Positions 40,086 through 50,600 of a DNA stretch of 64,000 bases are shown piece by piece. Origin of the DNA: an uncultured Actinomycetes bacterium (GTDB lineage Bacteria; Actinomycetota; Thermoleophilia; RBG-16-64-13); contig CAWJDT010000001.1 in assembly GCA_963841735.1 (NCBI GenBank), positions 1,248,001 to 1,312,000 on the forward strand, in the 5' to 3' direction. The stretch's first letter is position 1, and each line of letters starts with the position of its first letter. The notes below the pieces were generated by a model that worked only from the letters and a program-made list of their open reading frames with translations, had not been told where the DNA came from and made no database searches. The position numbers and the translations under genes are program-made.

Positions 40086-41373
40086 AATAGGCATCCTGTG
40101 CATTGGAATACTGCTTCTATTGATATGCCTGAGGGTCCCGGTAGCCTTTGCTTCTATGCTGGCGGGTCTCGTGGGCTCGGCCTGGCTGCTTTCGCCGGAC
40201 TCGGCCCTGAATTATGTGGTGTCCGACATCTACTCCCAGTTCAACACGTACACTTTCAGTGCCGTGCCGATGTTCATTCTGATGGGCTACTTTGCAGCCA
40301 GTTCTGGCATAACGGATAAGCTGTTTGATGTGGCCTACAAGTGGATGGGTAGGCTGCCCGGTGGTCTGGCCATCGCCGCCATCGCGGCGTGCGCCGCCTT
40401 CGCCGCTGTGAGCAGCTCCGGACCGGCCACCGCTGCGACGATAGGCAAGATCGCCTACCCGCAGATGAAGAGGTTCGGCTACGACAGCGGTCTGGCGACG
40501 GGCGCTATCGCCGCGGGCGGAACCTTGGGACCGGTCATCCCGCCCAGCGGCGCGATGGTCGTCTACGCGATTCTTACAGGGCAATCAATCATCGACTGCC
40601 TAATAGCCGGGTTGATACCCGGGTTCATCATCGCGTTCCTCATGATCGCGACCACCTACTATCGGTGCAAAAGGAATCCTGCGCTGGGCCCGCCCGGACC
40701 CAGGGTCACCATGAAGGAGAAGGTCAAGGTCCTGCCTGGAGTGCTCGAGACCCTGGTCCTGTTCGGATTTGTCATCGGTGGGATGTACGCAGGGTGGTTC
40801 ACCCCGACCCAGGCGGGTGCGGCCGGCGCCTTCGGTGCCTTGCTGATCACGGCCATAGAACGCAAGTTCAAACCAAGAATGGTCTGGGATTCGGCGAAAG
40901 AGGCGGGGCGGTTGGCCTGCATGGTTCTGTTCCTGATCGCCGGTTCGGTGATATTCGGACATCTGCTGAGTTTGTCCACCTTTACCAGTACGGCTGTCGA
41001 TGCCATACAGGGTCTGCCGCTACCGAGTGTCATGATCATCATCCTTATATGTATCTTCTACATCATAGGTGGATGTTTCATCGACTCACTCGGCTTGTTG
41101 GTGTTAACGGTGCCTATCATTGCTCCGATAGTGCACGGGCTTGGTTACGACCTGGTTTGGTGGGGCGTAGTCATGTGCGTGCTGGGAGAGCTTGGCGCCA
41201 TAACTCCGCCACTGGGTGTCAATGTGTTCGTCATAAGATTCATCGCCAAGGATGTGCCGCTGAGTACGGCTTTTAGAGGCATCTGGCCGTATTTCGTGGC
41301 GATCTGTGTCGGCATGGGTTTGGTGATAGCGTTTCCGCAACTCGCTACTTGGTTGCCAAGCCTCTCGCATTGA
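40072..41373 (+). CDS. dctM: TRAP transporter large permease DctM
   Basis: AVPMFILMG, GTLGPVIPPS, GWFTPTQAGA, ITPPLG. Confidence 0.93.
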   Translation: MAPFEIGILCIGILLLLICLRVPVAFASMLAGLVGSAWLLSPDSALNYVVSDIYSQFNTYTFSAVPMFILMGYFAASSGITDKLFDVAYKWMGRLPGGLAIAAIAACAAFAAVSSSGPATAATIGKIAYPQMKRFGYDSGLATGAIAAGGTLGPVIPPSGAMVVYAILTGQSIIDCLIAGLIPGFIIAFLMIATTYYRCKRNPALGPPGPRVTMKEKVKVLPGVLETLVLFGFVIGGMYAGWFTPTQAGAAGAFGALLITAIERKFKPRMVWDSAKEAGRLACMVLFLIAGSVIFGHLLSLSTFTSTAVDAIQGLPLPSVMIIILICIFYIIGGCFIDSLGLLVLTVPIIAPIVHGLGYDLVWWGVVMCVLGELGAITPPLGVNVFVIRFIAKDVPLSTAFRGIWPYFVAICVGMGLVIAFPQLATWLPSLSH

Positions 41374-41383
41374 AGATGCTTTC

Positions 41384-41450
41384 GACCGGGTCTGGTCGCC
41401 GGGTTTCTTGCCGGTCGCGATGCGACCGGCCCCGGCGGCCGGACCCGGTC
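41384..41450. terminator. Long nested GC hairpin after dctM
   Basis: GACCGGGTCTGGTCGCCGGG pairs with CCCGGCGGCCGGACCCGGTC, enclosing GCCGGTCGC-GAT-GCGACCGGC. Confidence 0.55.
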
Positions 41451-41483
41451 TCTCGTTACACTACCGCGTAAGGCGAGGGGTCG

Positions 41484-42713
41484 ATGGAAGGCAACATAGT
41501 GACGCCGCAGAGGTATCTGGGCAAGAAGGGTCTCATCATCTTCCTGGCAGCGCTCAGTTCCTTTACGGTGCTGTCTACCGACCTCTATCTGCCCGCTCTC
41601 CCCGGGATGACCGCCTACTTTGGTGTCCCGGAGTATCAGACCAACCTGACCCTCATTCTCTTCTTTGTGTTCTACGCCGTCGCTCTCCTAGTGTGGGGGC
41701 CACTCAGCGATCGTTTTGGGCGCAGGCCGGTCCTTCTTGTGGGTCTCATCTGTTACGCGGCCGCAGGCGCCCTTTGCGCGTTGTCGTCCAGCATCTTCCA
41801 GCTGATGGTCTTTCGTGTCTTTCAGGCGATCGGGGCCGGGGCAGCGGGTACTGTGGCGACCGCCATCGTCAAGGACTCATATAGGGGCAGGAGGCGTGAG
41901 GTCACCCTGGGCGTCATCCAGTCGATCACCGTTCTGACTCCGCTGGTGGCGCCGATAGTTGGAGGGCTCATACTGAGGTTCACTTCGTGGCGGGGCGTGT
42001 TCGTGGTACAGGGGATCTTGGGCCTTGCGGTGCTGGCCGGCGCGATCCTGTACCAGGAGACCGTAGGCGAGAGACTTACGGGCAATCCCCTGGCTTCGCT
42101 CTTGCGTCTGGGCACCGTTCTCAAGAGCGGGAGCTTCGCCCTTCTCCTTGTCAACTTCTCGTTGCTCGGCATGGCCAGCATGGCCTTTATCTCGTCGTCT
42201 TCCTACATCTACGAAGTCACCTTCGGCACCAGCAGCCAGGTATACAGTTACTTCTTCGCCCTGTTTGGCGCAGGTATCGCGTTGGGCCCGCCGATCTTCC
42301 TTTGCCTTTCGCGCCGGTTTGAGCGCACGGCCATCCTCAGCGGGTGCTTCGTGGCATGCGCGGCGAGCGGCCTACTCGTCATCCTGGTCGGCCGCCTGGG
42401 GCCGTGGCCCTTCATCGCCACATTCTTCCCCAGTGCCATCGCTTTCAGCTGTATGCGCGCTCCCGCCGCTTATCTGATGCTCGCTCAGCGCGAAGGAGAC
42501 GCGGGCTCGGCGTCCGGGCTCATCATCGCCTCGAACATGGTGATGGGCAGCCTAGGTACCGTCGTTGTCTCGCTTGGATTGTGGGGCCGGGTGGAGCTGG
42601 TTGGCACCCTCGTGCTCGGCCTGGCGGTGCTGAGCTTGGGCTTGTGGCTGAGCCGAGGGCTGCCGCGCATACGTGCCCAGGCGTCCTCGGAGACGGCAAA
42701 GCCCCTATACTAG
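41484..42713 (+). CDS. Bcr/CflA-family MFS efflux transporter
   Basis: TDLYLPALP, WGPLSDRFGRRP, SWRGVF. Confidence 0.92.
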   Translation: MEGNIVTPQRYLGKKGLIIFLAALSSFTVLSTDLYLPALPGMTAYFGVPEYQTNLTLILFFVFYAVALLVWGPLSDRFGRRPVLLVGLICYAAAGALCALSSSIFQLMVFRVFQAIGAGAAGTVATAIVKDSYRGRRREVTLGVIQSITVLTPLVAPIVGGLILRFTSWRGVFVVQGILGLAVLAGAILYQETVGERLTGNPLASLLRLGTVLKSGSFALLLVNFSLLGMASMAFISSSSYIYEVTFGTSSQVYSYFFALFGAGIALGPPIFLCLSRRFERTAILSGCFVACAASGLLVILVGRLGPWPFIATFFPSAIAFSCMRAPAAYLMLAQREGDAGSASGLIIASNMVMGSLGTVVVSLGLWGRVELVGTLVLGLAVLSLGLWLSRGLPRIRAQASSETAKPLY

Positions 42714-42802
42714 ATGGGAGCACTGCGAGGCAGTTCAAGCTCGAGCGCGAAAATGTGGTGCCCACGTCCAAGGGGGCAGGCGCGCCGACGCAGGAGGTCA
42801 CC

Positions 42803-43321
42803 GTGAGTCACGGACATGGGGCGGACGGGTTTATGGGGCATAGGCTTGGACCGGGAGTGCGGCCCTTCGAGAGGGGCGGCATCAAGTTCGCCATCATGGA
42901 GCTTCTCAAAGACAAGCCGCGGCATGGCTATGACATCATCCGGGCGATGCATGACCACTCCCGGGGTTTGTATAGCCCCAGCGCAGGATCGATTTACCCC
43001 GTCCTGCAGGTGCTCGAGGACCGAGACCTAGTGACTTCAGGAGACGAAGGAGGCAAGCGGGTCTATTCGCTCACGCAGGCCGGTCTCGCCTTCCTGGAGG
43101 AGAACAAGCAGGAGGCCGAGAGACATCGGGATCGCTGGGTGGCGCACTTGGGCCCCGGTGGGCGTGCTGAGGGCTTGAGTGCGATGAGTGACCTGCAGCA
43201 GGCCTTCGAGGACATGACGAGAGCGGTTCACGCGACCGCGGTGGACGCCGCCAAGCGGAAAGAGATCCGCGAGGTGCTGGAATCTGTTGCCAAGAAGCTT
43301 GGGGACATAGCCAAGCGCTAG
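42803..43321 (+). CDS. PadR-family transcriptional regulator
   Basis: PRHGYDII, YSPSAGSIYPVL, KRVYSLT..G; AGGAGG RBS before GTG 42803. Confidence 0.9.
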   Translation: MSHGHGADGFMGHRLGPGVRPFERGGIKFAIMELLKDKPRHGYDIIRAMHDHSRGLYSPSAGSIYPVLQVLEDRDLVTSGDEGGKRVYSLTQAGLAFLEENKQEAERHRDRWVAHLGPGGRAEGLSAMSDLQQAFEDMTRAVHATAVDAAKRKEIREVLESVAKKLGDIAKR

Positions 43322-43397
43322 CTTCGTCATCCGGCCGGCGGCCGCTACTAGGGTGGGGGCCCACAGGGCAGCACTTTATACCTAGAAACGTTGTAGA

Positions 43398-44408
43398 GTG
43401 GCGGCCATGAGACTCAGACGCGCCACGGTCGCCCTTGCGGTGCTTGTCGCCGGTGTTTCGCTTGGGCTCGCTGTCTCTTCCGGCACCGTCCACGCCGTGG
43501 ATACCGGGCAGGGGGACGGTGGCGAACTGAAGCCCAACGAGATGGGCCAGGTTCTTGTTCTTATGTACCATCTGATAGGCTCCACCGGCGGCGTGTATAA
43601 CCGCAGTCCCGAGCGGTTCAGGCAAGATCTGGTCGATCTGAAAGCGGCGGGCTACTATCCCGTGAACCTACACGACTTGGTCTCCGGTCGGAACGACGTG
43701 CCCGCGGGGAAATCCCCGGTAGTCATCACGTTCGACGATTCCAGTGAGGGTCAGTATCGTATCTTGCGAGACGGCACGCTTGATCCTAACTGCGCCGTCG
43801 GCATCATGAAGGCGGCAGCGCAAGCCGGGGGATGGGCCGAGCGGGCTTCCTTCTTTGTTCTGCTTCAGGTCTATCCCACCGGCCACCTGCTCTTCGGGCA
43901 GGCGGAGTATAGGGAGTCGAAGCTGCGCGACCTGGTCTCCTGGGGATACGAGGTGGGAAGTCACACCGTCACTCATCTCGATCTCGGGAGTGCTTCGCGC
44001 AGGCAGGCAACCAAGGAGCTTGCCGAATCCAGGAGTATGCTCAAGCAGCTGATAGGCGGTGGCTACCAGGTCACGAGCCTGGCGGTACCCTACGGAGCTT
44101 TTCCGCACGATGTCAGCTTGTTGCAGCGGTGGAGCTTCTTGGGTGATCCGTACGCCTACTCAGCCGTTCTGAGGGCGGGCGGCGGTCCATCCCCTTCCCC
44201 CTTTTCGGACAAGTTCGATCACCTCCACATCAATCGGATAGCTGTGGCGGGCAATGAGCTGGGTGGCACGATCACGTACTTTCAACAGCACCCTGAACTC
44301 CGCTACGTGTCTGACGGCGATCCCGGCACCATCTGCGCACCCCTTGAACTTGCGCCTTCCCTGGGGACGCTAAGGCCACAGCCGGGCCGAACGGTCGTGC
44401 GCTACTAG
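43398..44408 (+). CDS. Secreted polysaccharide deacetylase (CE4)
   Basis: Signal peptide, VLMYH, ITFDDS, EVGSHTVTH, AVPYG. Confidence 0.88.
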   Translation: MAAMRLRRATVALAVLVAGVSLGLAVSSGTVHAVDTGQGDGGELKPNEMGQVLVLMYHLIGSTGGVYNRSPERFRQDLVDLKAAGYYPVNLHDLVSGRNDVPAGKSPVVITFDDSSEGQYRILRDGTLDPNCAVGIMKAAAQAGGWAERASFFVLLQVYPTGHLLFGQAEYRESKLRDLVSWGYEVGSHTVTHLDLGSASRRQATKELAESRSMLKQLIGGGYQVTSLAVPYGAFPHDVSLLQRWSFLGDPYAYSAVLRAGGGPSPSPFSDKFDHLHINRIAVAGNELGGTITYFQQHPELRYVSDGDPGTICAPLELAPSLGTLRPQPGRTVVRY

Positions 44409-44664
44409 CAGCCGCAGCCAGCACGCCTTCGCTCCTTTCCCCGACCCTGTTCCTCCCGGTCGGGTAACATCATCAGTGTTGTGTGTCGCATCCGCTTGGT
44501 CTGCGTCGCACACTGGATGCGCGGAGTTGCAAGGTTTGAAGATCCCTGCTGCCGGGCATTCTCACGGCGAGTCCCAAGAGAGGTAGCGCGGCTGACTAAA
44601 GAGACAGCGAGCGGAGTTACTTGGGGCTCGTGTCTTTGCATATGGCGATTCGCTAGGGGGTGTC

Positions 44665-47600
44665 ATAGTCTTCCGAAGGCTCAGACTCACGTCAGAACAC
44701 GGGGACCGGCCCCGTGGCGAACCGGCCGTCTTCTTGCTGCGCTCCACCGAGTCGCTGGGCCCTGAACTCCTCAGTGCCGAACAGCTGAAGGACCACGCTG
44801 TCGCCCTCGCGACGAGCCACCCCGTCGATAGGCGTTCGGGCGAGGACAGACTTCTTTCCCGGTTGGCGGATAACGAGCGCGTTCTGGTGACTGCCTACGA
44901 CTCTGTCACGGCCGCCGCGACGCCGGGACAGCGGATCATGCCGGCAGAGGCCTGGTTGCTCGACAACTTCTATCTCATCGAGCAGCAGATCGCTCTGGCC
45001 CGCCGGCACCTGCCCCGCGGATACAGCCGGCAACTGCCGCGACTGGCCGGCGGCCCCTTGGCCGGTCTGCCGCGGATCTACGACATCGCCCTGGACTTGA
45101 TCTCCCATCAAGACGGCAGGGTCGATCGCGACAATGCCGCCGCCTTTCTTGAGGCCTACCAGACCGTGGATGCGCTCGACTTGGGGGAGCTGTGGGCCTT
45201 CCCCATCATGTTGCGGCTGGCTTTGCTCGAGAACATCCGCCGTGTGGGGGTACGCATCGCCGACCGGCGCAAGGAAAGGGATGTGGCTCTCGCCTGGGCC
45301 GACCGCATGCTTGCGGCCGCCGAAGGCGAGGCGAAACGGCTCATCCACGTGCTGGCCGATTTCGCGGATGCCGATGTTCTGCTGACAGCTCCCTTCGTCG
45401 AGGAATTCTACGCGCGGTTGCAGATACAGGGTCCGGCCCTGGCTTTCGTGCAGACGTGGTTGGAGCATCGGCTTGCCGAGCAGGGTGTGAGTGCGGTGCA
45501 ACTCCTGGAGGCGGCCAGTCGTATGGCGGCCGCCGACCAGATCTCCATCGCCAACAGTGTGGCGAGTCTGCGTTTCATCTCGGCGATGGACTGGGGGGAG
45601 TTCGTCGAGGAACTGAGTCTTGTAGAGCAGCTACTGCGCACGGACCCCGCTGGAGTCTACGCTTCGCAGGATTTCCCCACGCGTGATCGCTACCGGCACG
45701 CCATCGAGGCGGTGAGGCAAGGCAGCGGGCGTAGCGAGTTGGAGGTGGCGCGGGCCGCCATCGTTCTGGCTCATGCCTCGGCAGAGCGCTCCGGTCCAGG
45801 CCAGTCAGCCGATCCGTCGGCACGCACGGCCCACGTAGGCTACTACCTCATCGACAAGGGCCGCCGTGTCTTGGAGCGGGCCATGGGTACCAGAGTCCCG
45901 TTGCTGGCCAGAGCTACCCGGGTGGCTCGCCCGCTCCGTCTGTTCTTCTACCTGGCGCCCATCGTGCTCTTGACCGTGTTGGCCGTTGCTTTCGCGCTGG
46001 TATATGTGGCGGGGCTCGATGCGGGTGTCGGGCGCCTGATCTTCTTTGGGCTCGTCGGTCTCATCGGGGCTTCCGCGCTGGTGATACCCGTTGTCCATGT
46101 GCTGATAACGCTTACCGTGCCTCCCCGGACCCTACCGCGATTGGATTTCTCCACCGGGATACCGGTGCAGCACCGGACCATGGTGGTAGTACCCACCTTA
46201 CTCAGTCGCGAAGAGGACGTATCTGATCTTCTGGAGGCTCTGGAGATTCGCTATCTGGGCAATCGTGATCCCAATCTGTACTTCGCTTTGCTCACGGATT
46301 TCGGCGATGCTTCCGAGGCTACCCAGCCGAGTGACGACAACTTGATCGCTCTGGCCCGGGCGGGTGTCCAGGCGCTCAACCAAGCTTACCGCGACGACCG
46401 CCTCGGCATCTTCTATTTATTCCATCGCCCAAGGGTGTGGAATCCGCGGGAGCGGGTCTGGATGGGCTGGGAACGCAAACGGGGCAAGCTGGAACAGTTC
46501 AACGCACTTCTGTTGGAGGCCCGACAGGATGACGTCCAGTCGGCCACGGCGCCGCTCGGAGCGGGGCCGCCGGCAGAGGTAGGCGCGGCGCGGACCGCGG
46601 TCCCGCCTTCCGCGGCAGGCTCGGCGTTCTCGGTCATAGTCGGCGATCGGTCGGTTCTTGGATCGATCAGGTACGTGATCACTCTCGACACCGACACGCA
46701 ACTGCCTCGCGACGCGGCATTCACGCTCATAGGCAACATGGCTCACCCGCTCAACCGGCCTGTGTACGAGGCCAAGAAAGGCCGCGTGGTCGAGGGCTAC
46801 GCCATTCTCCAACCGCGCGCGTCGATCAGCCTCACCAGCACCAGCGGCTCCATGTTCACGCGCCTGTTTGCCGGTGAAGCGGGCATCGATCCGTATACGC
46901 GGGAGATCTCCGATGTCTATCAGGACCTCTTCGGCGAAGGTTCGTTCATCGGCAAGGGTATCTACGACGTCGAGGCGTTTTCGCAGGCCGTTCGCGGACA
47001 TTTTCCGGAGAATCTCATCCTCAGCCACGATCTGCTGGAGGGGGGCTACGCGCGCTCGGCTCTGGTGACCGACGTCGATCTCATCGAGGAGTATCCCGTC
47101 AGCTATGCCATGGAGGCCAGCAGGAGGCATCGGTGGACGAGGGGGGACTGGCAGCTTGCCGGCTGGCTGCTCCCTCGCGTGCCGGGGCCGCATGGCAAGC
47201 GTCGGCCCAATCCGCTCTCGCCGCTATCTATCTGGAAGCTTTTTGACAACCTTCGCCGTAGCCTAGTACCGGCGGCTCTGGTGGCATTGTTGCTGGGGGG
47301 ATGGCTGTGGGGCCCAGGGCCCTCGTGGCCGTGGGAACTGTTGGTTGCGGGGGCTTTCCTGTTGCCTGCCCTGCTAAGCGCTGCCGTAGAACTTGTCCGC
47401 AAGCCAGAAGAGTGGGGATGGGCTGTGCACTTGGCGCTGACCGGCAAGTCGGCAGTCCGTCCGCTCGTTCGCGCGCTCTTGGCCGTGACCTTTCTGCCGT
47501 ACGACGCGCTGATCTACCTGGACGCCATTGTCCGCTCGAGCATGGGGATGCTGTTTACCAGGCCTGGCCTGCTCATGTGGCACTTGCCCTCCTACAGCCG

Positions 47601-50600
47601 TCGCAACGCACTCCGCACTCCGCATGGCTTTCTTGTTGAGATGGCGATCGGCCCACTGCTGGCCGTTGCCCTGGCGGGGGTAATGGTCTTTGTGCCTAGC
47701 ATCCGCGCGTTCGATTGGCCGTTCGCGGTTCCGGTGCTGGTGCTCTGGCTTGTGTCCCCCTTCGTCGGCTGGTGGATAAGTAGGCCTCTGCATCCATCGG
47801 CGGCAAGTCTGAGCGCCCAGCAGCACGTGTTTCTGCGAGGGCTGGCGCGGCGGACATGGCGCTACTTTGCCGATTTTGTCGGTCCCGAGCATAACTGGCT
47901 GCCGCCCGACAACTACCAGGAGTACCCGACCGCAATGGTGGCCGCGCGCACGTCTCCCACCAACATGGGAATGGCAGTTGTGGCGAACCTGGCCGCGCAC
48001 GATCTCGGATACATATCTACCGGTGAGTTCTTGCGCAGGACCGAGCGAGCACTTAGGACCATGGGAAGGATGAAACGCTTCCGGGGCCATTTTTACAATT
48101 GGTACGACACGCGTACGCTGCTGCCGCTCAACCCTCAGTATGTCTCCTCGGTGGACAGCGGAAATCTGGCCGGAAGCCTGCTTGCCCTGCGGGCGGGGCT
48201 CAGAGAGCTGAAGAGCCAGCCCGTGCTGGACCACCGCGTGTTTGACGGGCTGGAGGACACTCTGTTGACGCTGGCTGCGCATACGCCGACGCCGCCTGTC
48301 CCCGAGGTAGAGAAGCAGATCAAGTCGTTGCGAGGCACGCTTCAGTCCCTGGACGGTCATTGGGACACGCGCGCGTTTCCGCAGGCCCTGCTGGAGGGGC
48401 TCCACATCGCCACCAGAGAACTGGTTGCCTCGCCGGCGGCGGAGCAGCGCGAGCGAGTTCCGCTACTGGGCTCGTGCGCTCAATCGTCAGTGCCGCAGAT
48501 TCCGCGACGATCTCACGCAGTTGGTGCCCGAACCCTGGCAGTTCACCAGTCTGCCCACATTGGAGGAGCTGGCCGCGACGGATGCGGTTGGCAACGATCT
48601 CGGGGGGCACCCGTCTGGCGGCACGAACGTGGCAGCGAAGCGGCTCGCGGTGATCGATAGGCTGATCGCCCGCTGTCATGAGCTAGCCGCCATGGATTTC
48701 GACTTTCTATACGATCCGGCGCGGGACCTTCTGAGTGTCGGCTACGACGTGGGCGAACGGCGGCGAGACCCCGGTTGGTATGACTTGCTGGCGTCCGAAG
48801 CCCGGCTGACAAGCTTCATGCTCATCGCCGAGGGTCAGGTACCTCAGAAACACTGGTTTGCTCTCGGCCGCCTGCTGACCGGTCACGGCGGCGACGTCAG
48901 TTTGATCTCGTGGAGCGGCTCGATGTTCGAGTACCTCATGCCTCGGCTCTTCCTGCCCAGCTACGAGAACACCCTGCTGGACCAGGCATGCCAGGGCGCC
49001 GTGGCGCGGCAGATGGAATACGGCCGGCAGCGTCACATCCCTTGGGGCATCTCGGAGTCGTGCTACAACGCTGTCGACATGAACCAGGTCTATCAGTACC
49101 GCGCGTTCGGCGTTCCTGGGCTGGGTTTCAAGCGGGGATTGGCGGAGGATCTGGTCATCGCTCCATACGCGACCGCGCTCGCCCTGACAGTGGTGCCTAG
49201 AGACGCATGCCGCAACCTGCAGGCCCTGGCCGCCGCCGGCTTCATGGGCGACTACGGCATGTACGAAGCCATCGATTACACCCCGTCGCGCCTGCTCCCA
49301 GGGACAGACCACGCCCCCGTGCGCTGTTTCATGGCCCATCATCAGGGAATGAGTCTGCTGGCGTTAGGGCATGCGCTGCTCGGTGGGCCGATGCAGCGTC
49401 GCTTCCTTTCCGACCCACTGGTGCGCACCACCGATCTGCTGTTACAAGAACGGGTGCCGAGGCATACGGTCGTCGTGCACCCGCGTGCGGACCAAGGGGC
49501 CGAGGCCGGCCGCGTCGTCGCCGCAGAGGCGGGCGCTGTCCATCGCGTATTCAGCGACCCAAACACGCCCCTGCCCGAGGCCCATCTGTTGTCCAACGGT
49601 CGCTACCATGTCATGGCCACCCACGCAGGTGGGGGATACAGCCGCTGGCGTGATCTGGCCGTGACCCGCTGGCGCGAGGACGCCACGTGCGACGGATACG
49701 GTACATTCATCTACCTCCGCGATCGCGAGACCGGCGACCACTGGTCGACCGCCTATCAGCCCACGCGGCGCAAGCCCGAGCGCTACGAGGCGGTGTTCGT
49801 TCAAGGGCGAGCCGAGTATCGCAGGGTAGACCACGGCATCGAAGCGCACACAGAGGTGAGTGTGTCGCCCGAGGACGACGTCGAGATCCGCCGCGTCACC
49901 CTCACCAACCTCTCCGACCAAACCCGCAAGATCGAGGTCACCAGTTACGCGGAGGTGGTCATGGCGCCCTTGAACGCCGATCTGGCCCATCGCGCGTTCA
50001 GCAACCTGTTCGTGCAGACCGAGATCCTCCCCGGGCACGGAGCCATTCTCTGCAGGCGGCGGCCGCGAGAGCCAGAAGAAGACACCCCTTGGATGTTCCA
50101 TCTCTTGGCCGTGCCTGGTGGTGTCGGCGCTGACACCTCCTATGAGACCGATAGGGCCCGCTTCATCGGTCGGGGAAGAACGGCGGCAGACCCGTTGGCA
50201 TTTGTCGGTCTCGATGGATCGACCACCCTCTCCAACACCGAGGGGCCTGTCCTTGATCCCATTGTGGCGGTCCGCGGCATTGTGACGCTGGCTTCCGATG
50301 AGTCCGCCGCCGCGAATGTGATCTCCGGAGTCGCCGAGACCCGCGAAGCGGCCATGGCTTTGATCGAGAAATATCGCGACCGGCACTTCGTCGAACGGGC
50401 GTTCGAGATGGCCTGGTTCCAGAGCCAGGAGATCTTGCGGCTGCTCAATATCTCCGAGGCGGACGCCCAGGTCTACGGCCGGCTGGCTACTTCGGTCATA
50501 CACGCCTCCGGTCTAAGGCGCGCTCATCCCGGCATCATAGAGCGCAATCTGCTTGGACAGCGCGGCCTCTGGCGCTTCGGTATCTCGGGAGATCTGCCCA

